Virus record (IMG/VR): IMGVR_UViG_3300032291_003809 | Coordinates: 1 to 53,298 of that record | Direction: 5' to 3' (one strand) | DNA from: a virus | Lineage: Duplodnaviria > Caudoviricetes | DNA: 53,298 nucleotides | In this document: positions 8,491-17,000 of the stretch, one piece after another | Layout of the letters: every line of letters starts with the position of its first letter | Position numbering within the stretch: position 1 is the stretch's first letter | Made by a program: the position numbers and the translations under genes | The notes under the pieces: generated by a model | Database searches by the model: none | What the model saw: the letters and a program-made list of their open reading frames with translations, nothing else | Told to the model about the DNA's origin: nothing

Positions 8491-9297
8491 ATGCAGTATA
8501 AATTATGGACAAGGTATGAACCTGTAATGGTTAAGATTGTAGTGAAGACAAATTCGCCACAGCCAATTGTGTTAAAGGCATTTGACCCAACACAGGCCAA
8601 TACGGTTTTTATGGAAAGAGAAAAAACTGTTGATGGAGTACAAGAGTTGTATGTGAGGATGCCATTATCCCCAAATTCAACTGCTCTAGCAATTTATAAT
8701 AAAAAAAATGGCAACCTACCGAAAGGTCAGGACAGTTCTTTTGAAGTAGTGGAAATCAAAAAAGAAGACTTGGACATTACTTTGTCTAAAACAAAAATGG
8801 ACAATTCTTTAGTTAGAAACTTTGTTGCTTTTGCTCAAAAGTTTGCATACAATGCAGGTTGGGTTCAAGCTCCAAAAGATTATATAAGTTCCGTAGGTGC
8901 TTTTAAAATAGAATACCTACCTTATATAAGAAGTAACAAAACAGGAGAGAAAATGGCTACCCCTGCTCGTATAAGTACCAAAAATGGTCGTATACAAGTA
9001 TCTCAGGAATCATTTCTTCCTTTTACTATCCCTATGAGAATGGCAATTTTATTACATGAGTTTAGCCATTTTTATTTGAATAGTGATATTTCTAATGAGA
9101 CTGAAGCGGATTTAAACGGACTTACAATTTATTTAGGATTAGGCTACCCTATCAAAGAGGCCTATTCTGCTTTCATTGATACCTTTATAGGTTATCCAAC
9201 GGAGCAAAATAAAAGAAGATATGATATTATCAATAGGTTCATAAAGGACTATATTGAAGAATATAAAATTAAAGATGTCTACGCAGTAGGCGAATAA
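8491..9297 (+). CDS. Zincin-type (HExxH) metallopeptidase, candidate virion maturation protease
   Basis: AILLHEFSHF followed by ETEAD (third Zn ligand pattern); start reassigned to ATG 8491; embedded in structural operon. Confidence 0.75.
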   Translation: MQYKLWTRYEPVMVKIVVKTNSPQPIVLKAFDPTQANTVFMEREKTVDGVQELYVRMPLSPNSTALAIYNKKNGNLPKGQDSSFEVVEIKKEDLDITLSKTKMDNSLVRNFVAFAQKFAYNAGWVQAPKDYISSVGAFKIEYLPYIRSNKTGEKMATPARISTKNGRIQVSQESFLPFTIPMRMAILLHEFSHFYLNSDISNETEADLNGLTIYLGLGYPIKEAYSAFIDTFIGYPTEQNKRRYDIINRFIKDYIEEYKIKDVYAVGE

Positions 9298-9307
9298 AAT
9301 ATATGTT

Positions 9308-9835
9308 ATGGCAGAAAAAGGATTAATGAAAGTATATACAGAATTACCATCTTGGGCTAAGGGCGTAGTAGTCATAGGTGGATTAACTGTAACCTATTTA
9401 GCAGTAACAGCGGTACTTAGAAAATTTAAAGAGACTAAAGTTAAAAACGAGTCTTTAGCTGAAGTAAACAATGCTAGTAGTGAGTTGAATACCCAAATTC
9501 AAACAGGAAAAGGTCCAACCATCGCTAGAAGCCAAGCTGAAGCTATGTCAAATGCAATTGTTGCGGCTGCGAATGATTGTGGTACTGAAGAGAGACAAAT
9601 TTATGCTCAATTTGATAAGGTTAATAATCAAGCAGATATATTATTATTTGTAGATGTGTTTGGATTAAGAAAAAAAGTAAGGTGTCCTTTCTCTGATGAC
9701 CCTAGAGAATCATTTTTTTCAGCAAATACACCTCCAATGTCATTATCTGCTATGATTAATAGTGAGTTAGATGCAACTCAAATTGCAACAATAAATAATA
9801 AATTAGCAAGTAAAGGAATAACTTATAAATTTTAG
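9308..9835 (+). CDS. N-terminal TM protein with helical domain
   Basis: WAKGVVVIGGLTVTYLAVTAVL; GTEERQIYAQF is weakly annexin-like. Confidence 0.7.
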   Translation: MAEKGLMKVYTELPSWAKGVVVIGGLTVTYLAVTAVLRKFKETKVKNESLAEVNNASSELNTQIQTGKGPTIARSQAEAMSNAIVAAANDCGTEERQIYAQFDKVNNQADILLFVDVFGLRKKVRCPFSDDPRESFFSANTPPMSLSAMINSELDATQIATINNKLASKGITYKF

Positions 9836-9838
9836 TAT

Positions 9839-10459
9839 ATGGCAATATTTGAAAGTGAAAAGAAAAGAAAAGAAGAAGCAGCAAATTTGTATTCTCAAAA
9901 ATACCCTTTGAGTGATTCTATATCTTCTTTGCAAAATAGTTTGAATTTGGCTAATGTAGAGTTAGTTGGATTAAAGAATGATAAACCTGAAACTTCAGGA
10001 GCTATTCGTGTTAGACAAAGAAACATTACTGCTCTATCTAATAGAATAATGCAGTTACAAAATAAAATTAAAGATTTAAAAAGCGGAATGAGTGGTAATG
10101 ATATTTTAAGAATAGCAGCACCATCATTAACTAGACTTACTGATATTACTACTAATAAGATATTAAACGCTACCCCTTACAGCTTTCAAATACCTACTTA
10201 TAATTATCCAACTTCAAGTACTAACTTATTAGCTACTCCAAAATATGCTCCTGCAAAAACAACTGATGCTAGAGATTTGGCGGATTCAGTAGAAAATGGG
10301 CAAGGTCTTCCTGTAGATGGAGAACCTACGGGTGCTCAAGGAGATTATCCTCCTCCTTATGGAGTACAAGGCTCAAACACTAAGTCAATTTTGTTGTATG
10401 GTGGTTTAGCAGCGGTATTAGGTTTTACAGCTTATTATATGTTTATAAAGAAAAAATAA
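9839..10459 (+). CDS. KYP-family coiled-hairpin protein 1, C-terminal TM
   Basis: KYPLSD...GAIRVRQRNITAL; ILLYGGLAAVLGFTAYYMF. Confidence 0.75.
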   Translation: MAIFESEKKRKEEAANLYSQKYPLSDSISSLQNSLNLANVELVGLKNDKPETSGAIRVRQRNITALSNRIMQLQNKIKDLKSGMSGNDILRIAAPSLTRLTDITTNKILNATPYSFQIPTYNYPTSSTNLLATPKYAPAKTTDARDLADSVENGQGLPVDGEPTGAQGDYPPPYGVQGSNTKSILLYGGLAAVLGFTAYYMFIKKK

Positions 10460-10463
10460 AGAA

Positions 10464-10937
10464 ATGGCACTACCAAAATTAGGACCTACGGGTAAAAAAA
10501 TAGCAACAGGAGCAGCAGTTGCAGGGGTATTAACACTTGCAGGGATTGGCATATCAAAAAACGCAGAACGAAAAAGAGTTTTGTCTACTGAAGGAGATAT
10601 GGATAAAAAATATCCTTTCTCTGAAAATTGCTTAGAAATGCAAAATATCCTTAAATCTGCAAAATTGGCTTTGAGTCAAATGGAATCTGAATCAGGTGGA
10701 GATGCGGGTGCAAAAAGAGTGAGAGCAAGACAAATTGCTGCTTTAAAAGGAAGAATAGTTGAAATTGAGAAATATTCTTTAAGCTTAGATTGCTCAAATT
10801 TACTATTATCTAATGAAGGATTGGTCCAAGAATCTCCTGCTTCTACAACATCAAACACGACAAAGTACTTGTTATATGGAGTAGCGGGTGTAATTTTGTT
10901 AGTGGTATTTTCTAATTTAATGCGTAAAAAAGACTAG
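10464..10937 (+). CDS. KYP-family coiled-hairpin protein 2, C-terminal TM
   Basis: KYPFSENC...GAKRVRARQIAAL...LDC; KYLLYGVAGVILLVVF. Confidence 0.75.
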   Translation: MALPKLGPTGKKIATGAAVAGVLTLAGIGISKNAERKRVLSTEGDMDKKYPFSENCLEMQNILKSAKLALSQMESESGGDAGAKRVRARQIAALKGRIVEIEKYSLSLDCSNLLLSNEGLVQESPASTTSNTTKYLLYGVAGVILLVVFSNLMRKKD

Positions 10938-10939
10938 TT

Positions 10940-11737
10940 ATGGCAGTAAAAATATTTGGTACGACAATCATAGGAGGCGAAGCTCAAAGAAAAGAGGCCG
11001 CTTCTAATACTATGTCAGGGAAATACCCATTGACAAATGATTGTAATTTAATGAAGAGCACTATTGAAGCTGCAAAAGCTGAATTAGCTCAAATAAATGC
11101 TAGTAGACCTTCTACTGCGGGTGGTAAGCGTATAAAGGCAAGAAATTCAGATGCTTTGAAAGTTTGGATTAATGAAATGCAAAACTTTTTAAAGGATTTA
11201 ACATGCGGTATAGTATATACTCCTGAAGGAATTAAAGTAACTCCTGTTGCAGCTCCTTCTGCAGATGCTACTGTAACGCCTAGTCCTACAGCACCGACTC
11301 CTGTTCCACAACAGCCTACCATTTTTACCCCTGAAGTTGTTAAAAACTATGAACAACCAAGTATTAAATGTGCGGATGGTACTTATGATGTAGCTAATGG
11401 AGTTAATCCTCCATGTGCAAACAAAGGTGGGGTATATTTACCAAGTTTGCCATTACCTGCTCCTGCACCTGTATTACCAAGTGGTCAGTCAACAATAATA
11501 AGTGCTCCTGCACCTGTGAGTCAACCGTTGCCATCTGCATCTATACCTCCTACAGTAGATTATGCAAAACTATATGATACTGCAGCTTTAGGTACAGCAA
11601 TAGCACAATCTAATGGTTCTGCTCCTTCCCCTATTAGTGCACCTGCTGCTCAAGATGATACGCAAAAATATTTAATGTATGGCGGTATTGCTTTAATTGG
11701 TGTTTTAGTATTAAATTCATTAACAAATAGAGATTAA
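10940..11737 (+). CDS. KYP-family coiled-hairpin protein 3, Pro-rich stalk, C-terminal TM
   Basis: KYPLTNDC...GGKRIKARNSDAL...LTC; KYLMYGGIALIGVLVL. Confidence 0.75.
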   Translation: MAVKIFGTTIIGGEAQRKEAASNTMSGKYPLTNDCNLMKSTIEAAKAELAQINASRPSTAGGKRIKARNSDALKVWINEMQNFLKDLTCGIVYTPEGIKVTPVAAPSADATVTPSPTAPTPVPQQPTIFTPEVVKNYEQPSIKCADGTYDVANGVNPPCANKGGVYLPSLPLPAPAPVLPSGQSTIISAPAPVSQPLPSASIPPTVDYAKLYDTAALGTAIAQSNGSAPSPISAPAAQDDTQKYLMYGGIALIGVLVLNSLTNRD

Positions 11738-11748
11738 AAATATTAACT

Positions 11749-12432
11749 ATGGCTATAGATATGATTGAAAATAACGATTTAGGTGCTTTAGCCAAAGGAA
11801 GGCTTGGGGACTTAAATGGTTTTACAGATGAGAATAAAATCTATAAAAACTTTGCAGGAAATGAAGAAGTTTTTCAAAAAATAGATATTAACGAAGAATT
11901 TGAAAATCTTTTTGGTATCAATATTTTTGGAGATGAAACTTTTAAAAGAAACAAAGAAAAGGCAAAAACTGATGCAGAAACTTTTGTAAAAAAACTACCT
12001 AAGACTACTTGTGATGATTTAAAAAGTAGCTTAGATAAGTTAGCATTATATATTGAAGCTCAAACTAAAGAATTAGGATTAGCTAAAGGTCATGTAACAG
12101 AATATCCAAAAATTAGGTTGGGAATAGCTAGAACTGCAGAGGCTGAAATGAAAATGAAACAAGAAGAGAAGCAATGTATAGCTATAGCTCAAAAAATTGA
12201 AACTGAGCAAAAGAAAGCAGAACTTATAAAAACTTTAACTAATGTATCTGAAGCTAGTGTACAACAAGCTAAAACAGACTTATTTGGAGTTCCTAGTGGG
12301 CAACCTTTATATGCTCCTGCTTCACAAGGTGGCGGATTAACAGCGAGTTTGGGCTCTAATAAAAATTTATTAATTTACGGTGGAATTGGACTTGGTGCAG
12401 TTTTACTATTAGCAATGTTAAGAAACAGATAA
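11749..12432 (+). CDS. Divergent KYP-family protein with acidic leader, C-terminal TM
   Basis: KLPKTTC...KQC; leader with YKNFAG/FENLFG; LLIYGGIGLGAVLLLAML. Confidence 0.7.
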   Translation: MAIDMIENNDLGALAKGRLGDLNGFTDENKIYKNFAGNEEVFQKIDINEEFENLFGINIFGDETFKRNKEKAKTDAETFVKKLPKTTCDDLKSSLDKLALYIEAQTKELGLAKGHVTEYPKIRLGIARTAEAEMKMKQEEKQCIAIAQKIETEQKKAELIKTLTNVSEASVQQAKTDLFGVPSGQPLYAPASQGGGLTASLGSNKNLLIYGGIGLGAVLLLAMLRNR

Positions 12433-12923
12433 TGAAATACTTAAAACCCATATTAGTAGTTAGTGGATTATCTATAATAGGTTATGCTTTATATAATTAT
12501 TATAAAAAGCAGATAGACTTTTTAAAAGATATTAGCTATAAAATTACAGGTATAAGATTAGTTACTATCTCTCAAGGAGATGTAACAATAGAAGTTATCA
12601 TGGATGTTTATAATGCTTCTAATGTAGAGGCTACTGTTACTGAGATATTCTTAGATTTTACAATGAATGGTGTTAAAGTAGGAAGTATAAATGAATCACA
12701 AGAATTTGTAATATTACCTACAAAAACTAGTCAAGTAAGATATAATTTTACTTTCAATCCTAGTTTAGTATTTAAAAATATTGTTAATATAGCAACTTTG
12801 ACATTATCGTTAAAAGATGTTAAATTTGTAGCAGATGGATACATAAAAGTAAAAAGTTCATTCCTTTCAACGACTGTCCCTTTTACCTATGAAAATACTT
12901 TGAAAAATCTTTTAAAAAAATAA
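12432..12923 (+). CDS. LEA_2 (WHy)-domain membrane protein
   Basis: N-terminal TM; VYNASNVEATVTEIFLDFTMNGVKVGSI. Confidence 0.75.
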   Translation: MKYLKPILVVSGLSIIGYALYNYYKKQIDFLKDISYKITGIRLVTISQGDVTIEVIMDVYNASNVEATVTEIFLDFTMNGVKVGSINESQEFVILPTKTSQVRYNFTFNPSLVFKNIVNIATLTLSLKDVKFVADGYIKVKSSFLSTTVPFTYENTLKNLLKK

Positions 12924-12926
12924 CAA

Positions 12927-13202
12927 ATGGGAGCTACTAATATATGGTCTAAAACAATTACAGATACCTCTTTAACAATATCTGCTAGTCAAAATGTTGT
13001 TAGAATATCAGTTTTAGCAAGTCAAGGCCCTGTTACCATATTGGGTACATCAGTATTTAATGGAACTGCATCAGATGCTGTAACTTTTGCTACAGGTCAA
13101 GGTGTAACTTTAACTGCTTCATCTACAGCTAATCCTATAGATGGAGTTACAATTGCGTGTACAGGAGGAGGAGTCGCAGATATTGTATTATCTTATCAAT
13201 AA
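12927..13202 (+). CDS. Small all-beta structural protein
   Basis: 91 aa, Thr/Ser/Val/Gly-rich beta pattern. Confidence 0.65.
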   Translation: MGATNIWSKTITDTSLTISASQNVVRISVLASQGPVTILGTSVFNGTASDAVTFATGQGVTLTASSTANPIDGVTIACTGGGVADIVLSYQ

Positions 13203-13210
13203 AAAATAAA

Positions 13211-13654
13211 ATGGAAAATAGAGATATTGTATTATTATTAGGTTTAGGTGTTGTAGGTTACTATATATACAACAAGGCAAAAAGTGGTTCTGACTTAAAT
13301 GTAAAAACATTTGTAGAAGAAAATTTGTCTAGTGTTCCAACTAGTATTCCAACTAATGTTCCTGTGGCACCTCAAGAACCAACTGCACCTATCCCTATGC
13401 CAACTGCTGCACCTGCGACAACAACTAAATATACTTATCCTGAAGGGATTGGGAAAGATGGTAAGAAATTTGAATTAAATGATGGCGATTATGTAGCAAA
13501 TGGGGAAGAAACTGCTATTTTATATCAAGGTAAATTAAGACCTATGACTGCTGCTTATGCTAACAAATTTGCAGCGGGTACTTGGGAAAGAACAAAAATT
13601 TTAGATAATATAGTTTATAGCAGCATACCGAGAGGTGCTGTTTTAGATGCGTAA
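13211..13654 (+). CDS. N-terminal TM protein with Pro/Thr stalk
   Basis: Start reassigned to ATG 13211; IVLLLGLGVVGYYIY. Confidence 0.75.
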   Translation: MENRDIVLLLGLGVVGYYIYNKAKSGSDLNVKTFVEENLSSVPTSIPTNVPVAPQEPTAPIPMPTAAPATTTKYTYPEGIGKDGKKFELNDGDYVANGEETAILYQGKLRPMTAAYANKFAAGTWERTKILDNIVYSSIPRGAVLDA

Positions 13655-13683
13655 AAATATAAAAACAAAAAAAAATCATAAAA

Positions 13684-14082
13684 ATGGAAGAATTTATCCT
13701 ATCAGAAACAAGAGCAATTTTTAACAAAGCCATTAAAAGATTTGCTAAAGAGAATAAGAAAGACCAAAATGATGTGTCTTTTTTGTTGAAGTTGACCCCT
13801 GAACGAGAAGTTGGTTATCTGTATTGTCAAGACCATTCTCCATTCAGGGAAACTAGTATAAAAGAGATATTGAATGTTAGGGCTATTGATATGAAGGGTT
13901 ATACCGTATTGGTTCCTCCTCAAATCAAGAACATTATTGAGAAGTTAGAAGCTCAATTAAGCTCACAAAATGTTGAAGTATGTGTATATCTTGATAGAGA
14001 AGATGATGATGAAATTCGTTACTTTGTATATCAAGATGGTAAATATATAAAAGAAATTAGTTTACTTGAATTGATTAAATAA
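13684..14082 (+). CDS. Hypothetical soluble protein
   Basis: 132-aa ORF; AATCATAAAA before ATG. Confidence 0.75.
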   Translation: MEEFILSETRAIFNKAIKRFAKENKKDQNDVSFLLKLTPEREVGYLYCQDHSPFRETSIKEILNVRAIDMKGYTVLVPPQIKNIIEKLEAQLSSQNVEVCVYLDREDDDEIRYFVYQDGKYIKEISLLELIK

Positions 14083-14088
14083 TTTGTA

Positions 14089-17000
14089 ATGAGTAGTACA
14101 TTTTTAGGAGGAGATACTTTTAGTTTTATTAGTGGCGGCTCAGGTGGTGGCTCAGGAACTTCAGGTTCTGCGGGTACATCGGGCTTTTCAGGTACTTCGG
14201 GTACTTCAGGTACTCTTGGTACTAGCGGTATTAGCTATGGCTCTAGTGGAACTAGTGGTGCTAGTGGCTCTTCAGGTACATCAGGCTCAACAGGTTTAAC
14301 AGGTACTGCAGGTACTTCAGGTGCTGCAGGTTCAAGTGGAACTTCGGGAAATTCAACTGCAGGTACAGCAGGTACTTCAGGTTTTTCAGGCGTATCAGGT
14401 TCTAGCGGTTCTAGTGGTACTTCAGGTGCTCAGGGCTCTAGTGGTACATCAGGCTCTTCAGGTAATGCGGGTTCAAGTGGTACATCAGGTGCTGCAGGTG
14501 CTACGGGTAGCTCAGGTACATCAGGTAATGAAGGTACATCGGGTACATCGGGCTCTTCAGGTTCTACAGGAACTTCGGGTTCTACAGGAACTTCGGGTTC
14601 TTCAGGTTCAAGTGGTACTACAGGAACGGATGGTTCTTCAGGTTCATCAGGCTCAAGTGGTACTTCTGCAACAAGTGGTGCAAATGGTACTATGGGTACA
14701 AGTGGTGTTAATGGTACTAGTGGTATTAATGGTACAGCAGGTACTTCAGGAGCTCAAGGTTCTGCAGGTACTTCAGGTATTAGTGGTGCAGCTATCTCCA
14801 ATTGGTATGGTAGCTTTAGTGATAGTACAAATCAAACAGTTGATGGAGCTAATACTCCTACAATATGGACATACAATACAACTGAAATTTCAAATGGGAT
14901 TAGTATAGTTACAGGTTTAGATGGAGCTTCTAAAATAACTGTTGCTAATGCAGGTAAATATCAAATTGGATATTCTGCTCAAATAGATAAATCAAGCGGT
15001 GGTAATGACCAAGTTTCTATTTGGGCTAGAATTAATGGTGTAGATGAGCCAAGAACTAATTCTATTATTGAATTGATTGGTGCTGCGGCTGAATCATTAC
15101 CGTTTGTATCTTATATTTTTGATTTAGCTGCAGGAGATTATGTAGAATTTGTTTTTGCATCTGCTGATGCAACAGTTAGATTATTAGCTTCTCCTGCTAC
15201 AGTAACCCCTGCAGACCCTTATGATTCTCCTGCTGCTCCTTCAGTAATCATAGTAGCTTCAGAAATTGGCGTTGCTGTTGCGGGTACATCAGGAACAAAT
15301 GGTACTTCAGGAACATCAGGTTCAAGTGGTAGTTCTGCGACTTCAGGTGCAACAGGTACTTCAGGCACTAGTGGTTCTGCGGGTACTTCAGCTTCTTCAG
15401 GTTCATCAGGAACAGATGGTTCAAATGGTTCTTCAGGAACTGCGGGTACAGCAGGAACTTCAGGTTCTAGTGGTACAGCAGGTTTGTCAGGAGATAGATA
15501 TAGAACTACTTCAAGTTCTGAATTTACTTTAGCAGGTTCAGGTCAAATTACAATTACAGTAGGTACAGGTCTTTCTTATACAGTTGGACAAGCTGTAACT
15601 ATTGCTTACGATATTAGCAACATCCAATTTGGAGATGTTGTATCTTATAACTCAAACACAGGTGTATTTGTATTTAATGCAACTACATTCACAGGTTCAG
15701 GTACATATAACTTTTGGACTGTAAACTTATCAGGTTCTGCGGGTGGAGATGGCTCTTCAGGAACATCAGGCTCATCAGGTACTTCTGCAAGTTCAGGTTC
15801 AAGTGGAACTTCAGCAACTGCAGGAACTTCAGGTTCAAGCGGTTCTTCTGCAACTTCAGGTACTTCTGCAACAGCAGGTACTTCAGGCATTGATGGTACT
15901 TCAGGTACAGATGGTTCTAGTGGTACTTCAGGTCAAGATGCTACTGCAGGTACAAGTGGTACTAATGGTACTACAGGTACTTCAGGTTCAAGCGGAACTT
16001 CGGCTAGTTCAGGTTCTTCAGGTACAACAGGTACTTCAGGAGAAACAGGGACTAGTGGTACTTCAGGAGAGACAGGTACAAGTGGTACAGATGGTAGTTC
16101 AGGAACTAGTGGTACAACAGGTACAACGGGTACTTCAGGTTCTTCAGGAACTACAGGTACAAGTGGTACGGATGGTAGTTCAGGTACAACAGGAACGAGT
16201 GGTACATCTGCTTCTTCAGGAACTTCAGGTTCATCAGGAACTAGCGGTACTTCGGGTTCATCAGGTACAAATGGTTCTAGTGGTACTAGTGGCTCTTCAG
16301 GTACAACGGGTACAGCAGGTACTGCGGGTATTTCAGGAGATAGATATAGAACTTCATCTACTACTTCAGTAGCTTTAGGTGTTGGAGGTAGTATTACAGT
16401 TGGTACAGGATTAGCATATTCTATTGCACAGACTTTCATCATGGCTTATGATGATTTCAACTATCAAATTTGTAATGTATTAACTTATACTTCAGGTTCA
16501 GGATTCTTAACTTATACAGCTCCTATAGATGTAGTTGGTTCAGGAACTTATGACTTATGGCAAGTAAACCTTGCGGGTGCATCAGGAGGAGACGGTACTT
16601 CAGGTACAAATGGCTCTTCAGGTTCATCAGGTACAAATGGTTCATCAGGTACAACAGGTACTTCGGGTTCTAGTGGTACAGATGGTTCTTCTGCGAGTTC
16701 AGGTTCAAGTGGTACTACGGGAACTTCAGGTCAAGATGCGACTGCGGGTACAAGTGGCTCTACGGGTACATCGGGAACTTCAGGTCAAGATGCTACAGCA
16801 GGAACTTCAGGTCAAGATGCGACTGCGGGAACTTCAGGTTCTAGTGGTACTTCAGGTTCTAGTGGTACTTCAGGTACTAATGGTACTGCGGGTACTAGCG
16901 GTTCTAGTGGTTCAAGCGGTACTTCAGGGACTTCAGGTACTAATGGTAGCTCAGGGACTGATGGCTCTAGTGGAACTGACGGTTCTTCAGGTACTGATGG

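Noticed and set aside
2582-13923. Short minus-strand ORFs (2582, 6722, 7661, 7875, 9139, 10676, 11089, 13702)
   Set aside because: Antisense to well-supported plus-strand genes with no recognisable motifs
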